This document shows, piece by piece, positions 28,660 to 38,312 of a stretch of 60,790 nucleotides of DNA. The stretch is from positions 1 through 60,790 of IMG/VR virus record IMGVR_UViG_3300049172_000212; one strand, given 5' to 3'. Within the stretch, counting starts at the first letter, position 1. Each line of letters starts with the position of its first letter. This DNA comes from a virus (taxonomy: Duplodnaviria; Caudoviricetes). The notes under the pieces are model-generated. The model was given only the letters and a program-made list of their open reading frames with translations, searched no databases and was not told the origin of the DNA. A program made the translations under genes and the position numbers.

Positions 28660-29151
28660 TTACGGGGTCAGGTCTTCGGGATTGACGCGGATCGGCAACT
28701 GGTTGAGGCCGATGGTGTAGCGGGCGAGTTCGAAATCATCAGAGCCGCCGCCCGGGTAGAGCGGGCCGGATACGACGCCGCGGCTGTAGAGGATCGTGTT
28801 CGACCAGCCGTCCTGCGGCTTGTCGTTCCGCTCGATCTTGATTGCCATGTTGTTCTGGTTGAGTGGATCACCGAAGGTGCGAAGGATGACCTGGCCCGCG
28901 TCGTCGGGGATGTCGGCGACTTCGATCTGCGGGTCACCGGCGTTCGCCGTCCCCTTCTGCTTTTGGGTGACGGCCTCGTCCAGCGTGTTGTAGCTGTTCA
29001 TGGTAGAATTGGCGCCGAAGTCGCCGATGTTACCAACTTTTCCGACCTGGACCCAGGTCAAGCCTTCGAAGGCGGTTTCGGTTAGGTCGCTGTTCTGGGC
29101 GGTCGCGCAGACGTAAACCTTGCTGCCCTTTTTCGTGGATTTGTTCGCCAT
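28660..29151 (-). CDS. Major tail tube protein
   Basis: KQKGTANAGD...DDAGQVIL. Confidence 0.85.
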   Translation of the reverse strand: MANKSTKKGSKVYVCATAQNSDLTETAFEGLTWVQVGKVGNIGDFGANSTMNSYNTLDEAVTQKQKGTANAGDPQIEVADIPDDAGQVILRTFGDPLNQNNMAIKIERNDKPQDGWSNTILYSRGVVSGPLYPGGGSDDFELARYTIGLNQLPIRVNPEDLTP

Positions 29152-29154
29152 GGG

Positions 29155-29580
29155 TTAGGTCTCCGGTTCGAAGGCGATGTAGGGGATGCTGACGGGGATA
29201 TTCATCCGATCCTCGTCTTTGATCGGGCGGGACGCCCAAGGCTCGCTATCGATCGTGATTTTCACGCCCGACGCGAATATCGTCTGGTTCTTGAAGCGGT
29301 TGATGATCTGGTCTGAGACCTCTTGCGCGTCGATGATCGCCCAGCCGATCGGCCACATGACGCTAACCTGCGCCATTCCGACCTTCTGTTGCGGGTCGTT
29401 GCCCATGGTGATCTGGCGCGTCCGGTTCGGCATGAAGTCGAACTTCAGAAACTTTGGCGGCTTTGTCTCGCCATCTGGTGGAAAGGTGATCCCCGGCGTT
29501 GCGATCGGGAGAACGTCTGGCATCTCTCTCAGCCTCGTGAGGAGCGCAGCGAATATGATTGCGTCCGTTCCCGTCGCCAT
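29155..29580 (-). CDS. Tail terminator (DUF4128-like)
   Basis: Position; QVSVMWP...IPVSIPY. Confidence 0.75.
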   Translation of the reverse strand: MATGTDAIIFAALLTRLREMPDVLPIATPGITFPPDGETKPPKFLKFDFMPNRTRQITMGNDPQQKVGMAQVSVMWPIGWAIIDAQEVSDQIINRFKNQTIFASGVKITIDSEPWASRPIKDEDRMNIPVSIPYIAFEPET

Positions 29581-29593
29581 GTACCGATTACCT

Positions 29594-29809
29594 ATGTCAG
29601 AAAAGCCGCCCCTATCGGACCGCGAGGTTCACGAAGCGTTGCACAACGCGTGGATCATGCTTGCCAAGGAAGAAGGCGCTACCGAGTTCGGCAACAACAC
29701 TCTGAAGGCTGCTCGCCTGTCACTCTTTAGCTTCCAGATGGGTATGATGATGAAGATGGAGGGCACTACAGACCAAATGCCTTCCGAACCGTCTCCGCAT
29801 TCCGGTTGA
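29594..29809 (+). CDS. Small antisense moron
   Basis: Fills the gap between tail genes. Confidence 0.45.
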   Translation: MSEKPPLSDREVHEALHNAWIMLAKEEGATEFGNNTLKAARLSLFSFQMGMMMKMEGTTDQMPSEPSPHSG

Positions 29810-30212
29810 CGTGGACATCCCAGTTCTGCACCGCGCCACGTACAAAGCCGGCCGGCGCTCTACCGTTGGCTCCATATTCCTGATGCCCCGCATAAGCAGC
29901 CGTGTAGCCGAAGAACAGGTCATCCTCTAAGGACGAACCGGTAATGATCGCCTCGATGGTCCCGAAATCGAAGCGGTAAAGCTGTCCCGCGACAGGGTGA
30001 GCATTTGGGTTGATGCTTGGCATCGCTGCCGTCGAAGCCATCAAAGAAGCCCATAGAAAGCCTGTTTCCCAAGGCAATTTTCCGCCCTCGAAGTCAGGCG
30101 TGTTCATCTCACGGACAACATCCTTCGCGCTCTCGTTTCGGACTGACTCGATTGCATCCGGCACCTTCTCCGCCCATCCGGCGACTTGCGCCGCGAATGA
30201 TAGCGTAGCCAT
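29766..30212 (-). CDS. HK97 gp10-like tail completion protein
   Basis: PWETGFLWAS...YAGHQEYG...APAGFV. Confidence 0.8.
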   Translation of the reverse strand: MATLSFAAQVAGWAEKVPDAIESVRNESAKDVVREMNTPDFEGGKLPWETGFLWASLMASTAAMPSINPNAHPVAGQLYRFDFGTIEAIITGSSLEDDLFFGYTAAYAGHQEYGANGRAPAGFVRGAVQNWDVHVNRNAETVRKAFGL

Positions 30213-31273
30213 CAGGCTGCTCGTGCTCGGTACCGCCGGAGACCGGCGGCGATGTAGTTGATCCGATACTCCAACCGGCACTTGCATCCGATCTTGTGCT
30301 TTGCCGGGATGCCCGGAGCATGCGGAAACATCAGCGGCGTCCCGTCCGGGGCCACAAAAGGTTGATCGAGCGGAACCCCTTCAGCCTTATACCTTGAGGC
30401 CATCTCGACATGCTGCATCCGGGGATGCTCGGAAGCCGAATGAAGCCAATGCTTGGTCACTTCCGCCGATGTGATCTTGCCTGCTTCGATCTGCTGACGG
30501 ATCGCATTATCGCGGACTGAAAAAAGCGCCGTCCTGGTTTCTTCGAGGCCGATGGTTTCGCCGCGGAGCCGCAGGTTATTGTCATTCAGCCGGCCGATGA
30601 TCTTCCCCACCATCGCTGCATCAACTGGGCGCTCTTCCCGAATAGCCTTCGCCACGGTGCGGTCGAAGCGGCGGTCCCTCGTCTTGAGGTCGAGATATGC
30701 TTTCATGCCGTCGAGGTCGCCAGACAGGAGCCTGTCGCGCGCTCGGGTGATGAACTCCACCTGCCGGGAGGTGAGCCCGATGGTGCCGCCTTCCCGACGC
30801 CCGGTGATACGGTTCACCCTGCCTATGACGTCAAGCGCCGTCGATGTCGGGTTCCTTCCCTGCGACAGACCAGCCTCAAAGGCTAATCGAAGCGCCTCGC
30901 GCTGATCCTCTGTGATGTTCGTTACCAGCTTCGACGACTGCTCGCGGATTAGCCTTTCGGCTTCAAGGTTGCGAACGCCGAACTGAAACAGCACTCGCGT
31001 CCCATCGGGCGCAACCAGGGACGGCAGGCTCTGCACCATGTTAATCCCGCCAACGTTGAAAGCCTCCCGCAACGTCATTTCCAGCGCCGCGAAGGCTTCA
31101 GGCTCAAATTGGACGGCTGCCACAGCGCCAGCAATATCCCCCTTTTCAAGCCGATCGACGATCGTTTGCAACACGACAGATGACTTGATTACATCGATGG
31201 CGTCGCGAAAAGCTGCAGCAACGCGGGGCTCATAATGACCAAGCAGCTCCTCGAAAGTCATGGCAACTCTCAT
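30212..31273 (-). CDS. Head morphogenesis protein (Mu F / SPP1 gp7-like)
   Basis: KHWLH...RMQH...GCKC C-terminus. Confidence 0.8.
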   Translation of the reverse strand: MRVAMTFEELLGHYEPRVAAAFRDAIDVIKSSVVLQTIVDRLEKGDIAGAVAAVQFEPEAFAALEMTLREAFNVGGINMVQSLPSLVAPDGTRVLFQFGVRNLEAERLIREQSSKLVTNITEDQREALRLAFEAGLSQGRNPTSTALDVIGRVNRITGRREGGTIGLTSRQVEFITRARDRLLSGDLDGMKAYLDLKTRDRRFDRTVAKAIREERPVDAAMVGKIIGRLNDNNLRLRGETIGLEETRTALFSVRDNAIRQQIEAGKITSAEVTKHWLHSASEHPRMQHVEMASRYKAEGVPLDQPFVAPDGTPLMFPHAPGIPAKHKIGCKCRLEYRINYIAAGLRRYRARAA

Positions 31274-31274
31274 G

Positions 31275-31298
31275 AAAAAGGCCCGCCGAAGCGAGCCT
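31275..31298 (-). terminator. Intrinsic terminator after the GNAT moron
   Basis: AGGCTCGC-TTCG-GCGGGCCT + T run. Confidence 0.7.
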
Positions 31299-31323
31299 GG
31301 GTTTAGGTGGTTTCCGCAAAAAA

Positions 31324-31758
31324 CTACTCGTGCCGTAGGTGGATCAACGGATAAGGCTTGCCCTGCCCGTCAAGCTTCGAGCGCCCGGTTTCCCGGAAAC
31401 CCAGCTTCTTGTAGAATCCGACTGCCGGTGAGTTCTGCTCATTGACGTCAGTAGTCATGTTCGGGTTCGCCTTGAGGGCGATGTCTACCAAAAAGCGGCC
31501 AATGCCTTTCCCGTGGTATGCTGGATCGATGAATAGGGCTTCCATGTGACCTTCATCAACCAACATGAAGCCTAGCACAGTTCCCTGATGATCGACTGCG
31601 AGCGTGAGCGGCGCTTCAGGTAAGAAGCGTACAAGCATCTCGTCGAGTTCAAGACGATCCTCCGGCTTTAGAAAATCGTGCGTGGCATCAACGGCCGCGC
31701 GCCAAATCGCTAGCACACGCTCGCCATCCTCTGGTGTGGAAACTCGAATGTCGATCAT
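31324..31758 (-). CDS. GNAT acetyltransferase (YjaB/YiaC-like)
   Basis: HGKGIG; VNEQN..AVGFYKKLGF. Confidence 0.9.
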   Translation of the reverse strand: MIDIRVSTPEDGERVLAIWRAAVDATHDFLKPEDRLELDEMLVRFLPEAPLTLAVDHQGTVLGFMLVDEGHMEALFIDPAYHGKGIGRFLVDIALKANPNMTTDVNEQNSPAVGFYKKLGFRETGRSKLDGQGKPYPLIHLRHE

Positions 31759-31797
31759 GCGGGCGCCTATAGTCCGCCGGATTTTTATACGCAAGTG

Positions 31798-32163
31798 TCA
31801 AGCGACGCTCCTTCCCTGAACAATGTAGACGACGTTCGTAACGCCGTCGTAGTTGTTCGGGTCGCCGGCGATCACATGGAACGTCTTGCCGCCGGCGGTG
31901 ATGATGTCGCCAACAGTTGGCTCGATCCCCAGCCCGACCGATGAAATGTAAATCTGCCGATCAGAAGTCGTGATGTTGGTGCCGTCGATGTACCTCTGGT
32001 CATAGGTCATCGGAACGAGCGTGGCCGGATGAGCGGTTTCGGTGGGCTCTCCACCTTCGACAGGATCGGGAGACGTGATGCGCGTTACGGTCCCCTGTTG
32101 CCCATATGAGGTGAGCAAGCGATGTGCGGTAGCCTGCAGGCGGGCGTAGATTGGGTTAGGCAT
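31798..32163 (-). CDS. Head-tail joining protein
   Basis: Position and size. Confidence 0.7.
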   Translation of the reverse strand: MPNPIYARLQATAHRLLTSYGQQGTVTRITSPDPVEGGEPTETAHPATLVPMTYDQRYIDGTNITTSDRQIYISSVGLGIEPTVGDIITAGGKTFHVIAGDPNNYDGVTNVVYIVQGRSVA

Positions 32164-32176
32164 TCGCACCTCGCGA

Positions 32177-32201
32177 GGAACAATGACCGCTAGCTTCGGT
32201 T
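32177..32201 (+). promoter_or_regulatory. EcfG/RpoE2-type promoter
   Basis: GGAAC-N17-GTT. Confidence 0.65.
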
Positions 32202-32227
32202 GTGACGTGCAACCACAGGAGATTGTG

Positions 32228-32389
32228 ATGACCGAGAAGAAGCCAGACAAGACCAGCGACGACGCTCGCACCGGCAAGGATGCCGACAAGAACCGAGAGG
32301 AACTCGTGAAGAAGGCCGAAAAGGGCCTAGAAGACGCTCACGGCAACAAGCCGAAACCAGATCAAATCAGTAGCGAGCGAGCGCCGTGA
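32228..32389 (+). CDS. Small hydrophilic stress-type moron
   Basis: AGGAG RBS; highly charged 53 aa. Confidence 0.6.
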   Translation: MTEKKPDKTSDDARTGKDADKNREELVKKAEKGLEDAHGNKPKPDQISSERAP

Positions 32390-32876
32390 CGGACGTGTTG
32401 CCCGAGGAGGCCAAGAGGACGTTGTGCAAGATGCCATCAATCACCACGAATTTTGGCTTTGGTGCAGCCGCTGCAGCGGTTTGATATTCCGTCTCTTCCT
32501 CGATCGAGCCCACTTTCACGCGTTCCGCTTTGATAGACGCTTTGCCATCGAAGTCTGGGGCAAGGGATCCAGGCCTCACTAGCTCCCGTAGTGCGGCTTC
32601 ATATGTTGCCTCTTCGACTTCGAGGGGCACCTCGTCAGCTGGAATTTGATCGCCAGATACGTCCAACGCTTCCGTTCGCGGCCACTCCCGCACCTGGGAA
32701 CGGCCATCCGTCTTCATGCCACTGAACCTCGCCCGATACGTGCTGTCGATCCAGACTGAGGCCCGCAGCAGGGCAGCATGCCGATCTTCGTCACCACCGG
32801 TTGCTGTCCAAGCCGCGTTCCCGCGTGCCTGATGATAGGCGAGCGCATCCGGGAGGGAGCCGTAGTGTTCAGCCAT
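32367..32876 (-). CDS. Head-tail adaptor (DnaT-like family)
   Basis: ALLRASVWID...QVREWPR...KVGSIE. Confidence 0.8.
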   Translation of the reverse strand: MAEHYGSLPDALAYHQARGNAAWTATGGDEDRHAALLRASVWIDSTYRARFSGMKTDGRSQVREWPRTEALDVSGDQIPADEVPLEVEEATYEAALRELVRPGSLAPDFDGKASIKAERVKVGSIEEETEYQTAAAAAPKPKFVVIDGILHNVLLASSGNTSVTALARY

Positions 32877-33252
32877 TGGGCAGACCTCTGGTATTCTTCA
32901 TGGCAAATAGGAGTTCCTGCACGATCGACTGCATAGAATACGCTTCGAACTCGGCGCTGGGGTTCGTCTCGCCCATAACTGCGCGGACTTCCTGCCAGAT
33001 GTGCGCGCCTTCATGGGTAAGGAGGCCGACAATCTCGCAGAGCGTGCGCACCTTCTCCGCCCTATCGCGAATCGTCACCATCGCTATCGTCTTCCCGTGC
33101 TTGGTGAAGAAAGTCGCCCGACCATCGCTGTCGGGATATGGTTCTCCAACTATCCCCATCACCTTGAGCTGCTTGTTCCAAGCCTTCTCGCTTGGGCAGA
33201 AACAGTACTCGACGGGTTGCCAGCCTCGATCACACCAAACTACTTTGTCCAT
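32869..33252 (-). CDS. Hypothetical protein with HExxH motif
   Basis: LTHEGAH...EFEAY. Confidence 0.65.
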   Translation of the reverse strand: MDKVVWCDRGWQPVEYCFCPSEKAWNKQLKVMGIVGEPYPDSDGRATFFTKHGKTIAMVTIRDRAEKVRTLCEIVGLLTHEGAHIWQEVRAVMGETNPSAEFEAYSMQSIVQELLFAMKNTRGLPNG

Positions 33253-33332
33253 GCGTGCGCTTCCAATCCCCAACGACAAACCGATAGCGCGGCGGCCGCC
33301 CTCGAGCGGCCACTCGCTGTTGGAGACACGCT

Positions 33333-33911
33333 TCAGCCGCGCCGCTTCAGCTCGGCATCGATTGCAGCATTGGCTTCTTCCCCATTGCTGATTGGGTCGA
33401 CACTGAGCTTGGATGCGAGCGACCGGCGTTCCTGCCAGGTGAGATCGCGCCAGTTGGCAGGGATTTCCACCTTGGATCGCTCATCGGTTGAACCAACGCC
33501 GTCAACCGGCTGATCGCCCACGATCTTCTGAGCGCCGGACGTCACTGCCACGCCAGCCTGGTCGATAGTCTGGGCGGGCTTCCCGGTGGAAACATCGGTG
33601 TTACTGGCTTTGATGCCGATGCCTCCGACAGCCGCTACTTCAGCATTGGCGGGGAAGTTCCCCTCGCTGTCTGCGAGTGAGCGGCTGGTGCCTTCCGGAT
33701 CGGGCTTGATCGGCTCGATATTGGACAGAGCGGAAGAGGACTGCCGCGCCGCCTTCTCCGCCTGTTCGGCCATCTTGTCGAATGCATTGGCGAGCCGGTC
33801 TACGGCCGAGCCGCCGAGCCGGTTCGCGCGGGAGCGAAGGATCTGTGTGCGGCTCTCGTCACGACGTGCGATCGCCTCCGCAAGGAGCGGATCGTTTGCA
33901 TGATCGGTCAT
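33333..33911 (-). CDS. Post-capsid hypothetical protein
   Basis: GGAG RBS; small helical C-terminal domain. Confidence 0.65.
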   Translation of the reverse strand: MTDHANDPLLAEAIARRDESRTQILRSRANRLGGSAVDRLANAFDKMAEQAEKAARQSSSALSNIEPIKPDPEGTSRSLADSEGNFPANAEVAAVGGIGIKASNTDVSTGKPAQTIDQAGVAVTSGAQKIVGDQPVDGVGSTDERSKVEIPANWRDLTWQERRSLASKLSVDPISNGEEANAAIDAELKRRG

Positions 33912-33963
33912 GATATTTCTCCAGATTGAGGGATGATGTGGAGAGGGGCAGAAGCCCCTACCC

Positions 33964-34968
33964 TCAGCCGTTGGTGACGACGGCAACCATGCGGACGAGC
34001 TTTGGATCATAGACCCGCGTCCAGTTGTTGCCGGTGGCGAGTTCGGCATCGGTTACGCCGGAAGCCGACGCAGGCGTGCCGCTGAAGGCAACGCCCCGCG
34101 GGTGCATAACCCAATGGCGGCGGTACCAGACGGTCTCCACGCCTTCACCGTTACCGGCGGCCGCAACACTGTCGATCTCGACCGGCTTCTTCGGTCCGCC
34201 TTCGCCGGTGGCCTCGGCATAGCCGATGGCGCCATTGCCGAAGAGATAGGACGTGTACTTGAAGCCAGAGGTCGCACCTGCCTCACGTGGGCACTGGTCG
34301 GAGACATACACGACCTTGTCGTCCCACATGTCGAAGTCGAGGCCGGTTGCCGGGTCCTTGAACTTCTCGATCGCACGTGCCGCGCGGAGGTTATAGAACA
34401 CGCGAGAGTGCATGAGGACAGCCGACAGGGTCGTGCCGTATTCGCCGAGAAGTGCGTAAGCATTTGCCGCGATTTCGGCATCGAGATTGACGGGCGAAAC
34501 GGCACCGTCTTCCGATGCGACATCGAGAACGTTGCCGGCCATGCTGGCGGCGGCGAAGACGCCCTTCATCTGCTGACCCATGATCCGCTGCTCTTCGCGG
34601 ACCCAGTACTCTGCGATGAGCTGGGCAACGGCGTCGAGCGGATCTTCCGCAAGCATGGACGCAACCAGGTTGGCAGACTGCCAGCCGTTGTTGCGGCGGA
34701 TCTTGCGAGCCATGTCCTGGCCCTGGGTCATCTTATTGGGTGTCGCCGTCTGGGCCGGATCGTCCGTCGAGACGTTGGAGTTGCCGGTCAAATCGTTCCA
34801 GAACGGCATCTGGACGAGGTCACCGGGACCGTTGGCGAAGCGCTGAAGCTCGCCGTCGGTGGAGACGATTGGAGAGTTGCGGATGCGCGAAAGCTGCGCA
34901 ATGCGCTGGATCGTGGTCGGAAGGAAGAGCGGGCCATAGATGACGTCGCTCAGGCGGGTCGTTGCCAT
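33964..34968 (-). CDS. Major capsid protein
   Basis: MATTRLSDVI...MPFWNDL...HPRG...NWTRV. Confidence 0.92.
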   Translation of the reverse strand: MATTRLSDVIYGPLFLPTTIQRIAQLSRIRNSPIVSTDGELQRFANGPGDLVQMPFWNDLTGNSNVSTDDPAQTATPNKMTQGQDMARKIRRNNGWQSANLVASMLAEDPLDAVAQLIAEYWVREEQRIMGQQMKGVFAAASMAGNVLDVASEDGAVSPVNLDAEIAANAYALLGEYGTTLSAVLMHSRVFYNLRAARAIEKFKDPATGLDFDMWDDKVVYVSDQCPREAGATSGFKYTSYLFGNGAIGYAEATGEGGPKKPVEIDSVAAAGNGEGVETVWYRRHWVMHPRGVAFSGTPASASGVTDAELATGNNWTRVYDPKLVRMVAVVTNG

Positions 34969-35063
34969 TGCAAAGCTCCTGCTGTTTGGAGGATGTGGGG
35001 TGGATGGTCTCGGTCACCCCACTGGGCATGACCTCGTCTGCGTTGGCGCCACTGGCGCGGGAA

Positions 35064-35855
35064 TTACCAGTTCGGAGTGACGCCGGCGGCCTGTGCCATC
35101 TGGCGGGCCTTCACCGCGTTCTCCTGAATTAGTTGCTGCTGCTTGGTTAGGTTCGGCTTCTTGCCGTTGCTGCTGTCCCAGGGATTGTCGCTGAACTGGC
35201 GGCCATCGCCGCCCTTGGCGTCGCCGCCGGTGGCTTTGGCGACGAACACCTTTCCCTCGTCCTGGCCAACCCAGTTGCGAACGTAGTCGATCAGCGGGGT
35301 GCGGTCGTTCACGCCATCATCGGCGAATACCTGGATTGCGTCATCATCCTCGACGAGCTTGATCTGGCCCTTTTCCTTCAGGAGCGCCTTGGCGGCCGAA
35401 AGGAACGTCTTGTCGATACCGGCATCAAGCAGGGCCTTCGTCAGACCGTCATCAACCATGACACGGCGAAGCGTGCCGTCCAGCTTGTTGGCGCGGGCCT
35501 CCAGTTTCTCGCGATCCTTTGCGAACTTCGCCTCGAGCTGCGTCTTCTGGGCTGCGAGGCGCTCCTCGATCTTCGGTGGCTCTTTTCCCTCAGCCTGCTG
35601 GCGAAGGGTCTCGTACGCATCGATGTCGAAGTCTTCGGGCAAGCCTTCAAGCCGGCTTTCGGCCGCTGTCAGCTTTTCGCTGATGGTACGTTTTTCGCCG
35701 CGAACGCGATCGAGAGCGGACTTGAGCGCAGCGGCGCCGGGGTGAGATTCGATACCCTCGATTGCGAGGATGAACTTGCCGTCCTTCTCTTCGTAGAGCG
35801 ACCTGAACTGGTCCTCAACACTGTCGAGGCTGTCGATGATTGCCTTTAGGGCCAC
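35064..35855 (-). CDS. Capsid scaffolding protein
   Basis: Coiled coil with GGDAKGG..NPW tail; upstream of the capsid gene. Confidence 0.8.
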   Translation of the reverse strand: MALKAIIDSLDSVEDQFRSLYEEKDGKFILAIEGIESHPGAAALKSALDRVRGEKRTISEKLTAAESRLEGLPEDFDIDAYETLRQQAEGKEPPKIEERLAAQKTQLEAKFAKDREKLEARANKLDGTLRRVMVDDGLTKALLDAGIDKTFLSAAKALLKEKGQIKLVEDDDAIQVFADDGVNDRTPLIDYVRNWVGQDEGKVFVAKATGGDAKGGDGRQFSDNPWDSSNGKKPNLTKQQQLIQENAVKARQMAQAAGVTPNW

Positions 35856-35893
35856 TGGCCTTCTCCTTCGTTGATCCGGTCACTGCCGGACAT

Positions 35894-35916
35894 AAAAAAC
35901 CCGGCTAAGGCCGGGT
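35894..35916 (-). terminator. Intrinsic terminator after the HEPN moron
   Basis: ACCCGGC...GCCGGGT + T run. Confidence 0.75.
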
Positions 35917-35941
35917 CAGATGCGAAGCGATGATGAGGTGA

Positions 35942-36601
35942 TCACGGATGATCGGCTAGGAACCGTTCAAGGTATTTGATCATGTCCTCAACGTCCTCCT
36001 TGGTGAACTTGGTCGGATGTCCATGAGCGGCATTGTTGCGTACGTCAGCTAACGCTGTAATTCGCTTCTGGACCGAAAGGTCATAGGCGCCGGCTTTAGC
36101 CAAGTCGGCGTTCATCTTGTCCAGCTTCCCAGTTGCTAGACCGAGGTTGGTGCTCATGTCGCGGAGCTTAGTCTCCAACACCACACCGGCGACGACGGCG
36201 GCCGAAGTAGAATAACCGGTCCTCAAAAGTTCTGTCGCCTGATCAAGCTCATTTCCGAAGACCTCCGCCTGCGCGAGCGACCTTGCACTGTCCAAATATC
36301 CGCCGTCATAGTCTTCTTGCGCAGCCAGCATAATCGCCTTCAGCTGCTGGAGTTCTTCCCATCCATCCCTGAAGGACTGCGGCTTCTCGGTCTCGACAAA
36401 CTGAGTGTAGTGCTCCGATTGCTTGCCGCAGGCGGATGCCAAAAGGTTTCGACACTTCACCCGCCATGCGAGCTTTGCATCTCCATCTACTGTGTCGTAA
36501 TCGCTGCTGTATTCGCTGCGTACATGTTTTTTGGTGGCCTCTATGGGCTTAACCTGAGCAAGAAGATCCGCGAAGCGCATCGACAATTTTTTAACCGGCA
36601 T
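35942..36601 (-). CDS. HEPN-domain protein (DUF4145-like)
   Basis: AAVVAGVVLE and RNNAAH (Rx4H). Confidence 0.82.
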   Translation of the reverse strand: MPVKKLSMRFADLLAQVKPIEATKKHVRSEYSSDYDTVDGDAKLAWRVKCRNLLASACGKQSEHYTQFVETEKPQSFRDGWEELQQLKAIMLAAQEDYDGGYLDSARSLAQAEVFGNELDQATELLRTGYSTSAAVVAGVVLETKLRDMSTNLGLATGKLDKMNADLAKAGAYDLSVQKRITALADVRNNAAHGHPTKFTKEDVEDMIKYLERFLADHP

Positions 36602-36673
36602 GATTCACTCCCCTGGTTTAGGGAGAGTATTATTCTGAGTTGCAACTTCTTCGCAATGCTGCTCGACAAGGGC

Positions 36674-38047
36674 CTAAATTGAAGCAGCCGCCTCCCTCTC
36701 TTCCTCGCTCCCAAACCGCTCCTCATCGATAAGCTTAAGCTCCGCCTCGTGATCCCGCTCGGCACTGGCGATCTCGCCCCGCTGAAGGTTCTCGTAGAGC
36801 GTCTCGTAGGCGATCGCTCCGTTCTGCCACAGCGACACGAGCGAGGCCGCCTGCTCAGGTGTCAGCGTGGCATCTACGAATGATAGGTTCGGCTTAACTG
36901 TCACCGCATCAGGACTCTGCCCGATCATGATGGCAATGTGTCGAAGCGCCTTTTCCAAGCCCTGTGCGCTGGCAAGGGCAATGGAGGTCAGGGTGGCTGT
37001 CTCGGCGGCGAACCGAATCCGCAGTGCGTCTCCGCTTTCCGCGGTCTTCGTCTCCGAGCTACTAAACAGCCGAGCGCCGGACTGAGCAGCGTTCTGCCGC
37101 TCGTCGAGGATGGCAGTCCGGTGAGCAGCAATGCCGGTGCCAGCGGGTCCAACATACTTCACGTCAGGCGCGCCAGCATTGTCACCTTGCTTGATGGCGA
37201 TGACCGCGCCAGCGCCGACAGCCGATGGGGCATCGCCATTGATGACCACCAGCGTCTCCTGCCCGGTCATGAACAACTGCCAGCGGTAGTCTGCTGACAA
37301 CTGGTAGAGCGCGACGGCAGACCGAGCGACACCAAACAGCGGCGGAAGTTCGGGGACCAGCGAGAGATCGCGAGCACCAATGACAACGAACGGGATCTCG
37401 CTCAGAGCGGTATTGCCCCTGCGCGTCGGCGTGACCTCGTCGCCTGCCGTGCGTTCTGATCCCATGAAGGTCTGGACCGTGTAACGACCCTGTTTCATCT
37501 CCAGTACGCGGAACCGCTGCTCCGGCTCCCAACGGAAGCCATCACGCTTCAGCCCGCTTTCATTGAGGACGAACATCGAGCGATCATCGGCCCAGTTGAT
37601 CAGCGCCTCGGCACTGTAGCCGGCAAGCCAAGGCAGGTCCGAACCTTCGGTGGCAGCATCAGCCAAGAGCGCGTAACGCCCCGTAGTCAGCAACTCAGCA
37701 GTGATCCTGCGATGCAGCGCCTCAAGCGGAAGCCCGTCCTTCGTCGCCTTCTCCCAAAGAGGCTCCATTGCTTCCGGCATCTCGATCTGCGCCTCGGTGC
37801 GGTGGATCACACCAACCATGCCGTGGATCGTAGGCAAAACGATCTCCGGGAATTGTGCGCGGGTCTGGTAAGCCTCATACAGTGCGCGCCCGCCGTCTGC
37901 CTGTGCCGAAAAGCCTGAGGGCTTGGGCAGGTAGGCCGTCGCAGCGGCTTTGACTTCCTTTTCGCCGCCGGCTGTATCGCGCATCAGCACCCATTCGTCG
38001 GCGCGATCGAGATACTCCGGATGCTTGGTATCAACGGCATCTGTCAT
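36674..38047 (-). CDS. Portal protein (DUF4055 type)
   Basis: HPEY...YQLSADY...AESGDALR; follows the terminase. Confidence 0.9.
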   Translation of the reverse strand: MTDAVDTKHPEYLDRADEWVLMRDTAGGEKEVKAAATAYLPKPSGFSAQADGGRALYEAYQTRAQFPEIVLPTIHGMVGVIHRTEAQIEMPEAMEPLWEKATKDGLPLEALHRRITAELLTTGRYALLADAATEGSDLPWLAGYSAEALINWADDRSMFVLNESGLKRDGFRWEPEQRFRVLEMKQGRYTVQTFMGSERTAGDEVTPTRRGNTALSEIPFVVIGARDLSLVPELPPLFGVARSAVALYQLSADYRWQLFMTGQETLVVINGDAPSAVGAGAVIAIKQGDNAGAPDVKYVGPAGTGIAAHRTAILDERQNAAQSGARLFSSSETKTAESGDALRIRFAAETATLTSIALASAQGLEKALRHIAIMIGQSPDAVTVKPNLSFVDATLTPEQAASLVSLWQNGAIAYETLYENLQRGEIASAERDHEAELKLIDEERFGSEEEREAAASI

Positions 38048-38070
38048 CAGGCTCTAGACCTCACATGGCC

Positions 38071-38096
38071 GGAACAATGGCGGCCTGTCTTTTGTT
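38071..38096 (+). promoter_or_regulatory. EcfG/RpoE2-type promoter
   Basis: GGAAC-N18-GTT. Confidence 0.6.
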
Positions 38097-38122
38097 GCTT
38101 TCGCCATGCACAGGAGACGTCG

Positions 38123-38311
38123 ATGACATTCGACGAAAAGGCCACCGAGGAGACCTCTCAGAAGCCGCCCGGCGACGAAACAGAGCCGAGTTCACCTCAG
38201 TCGGCGGAAGGCCTCTGTCCCGCATGTGCCGGTACGGGAAAACTCGGCCGTCGAACTTGCCCAGACTGCGGTGGCAGCGGCACTATCACGGTCATTGTCG
38301 GCGATGCCTAG
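38123..38311 (+). CDS. Small CxxCxGxG Zn-finger moron
   Basis: AGGAG RBS; CPACAGTG, CPDCGGSG. Confidence 0.7.
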   Translation: MTFDEKATEETSQKPPGDETEPSSPQSAEGLCPACAGTGKLGRRTCPDCGGSGTITVIVGDA

Positions 38312-38312
38312 C

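Noticed and set aside
34102-35031. 309-aa + strand ORF
   Set aside because: Shadow of the major capsid gene
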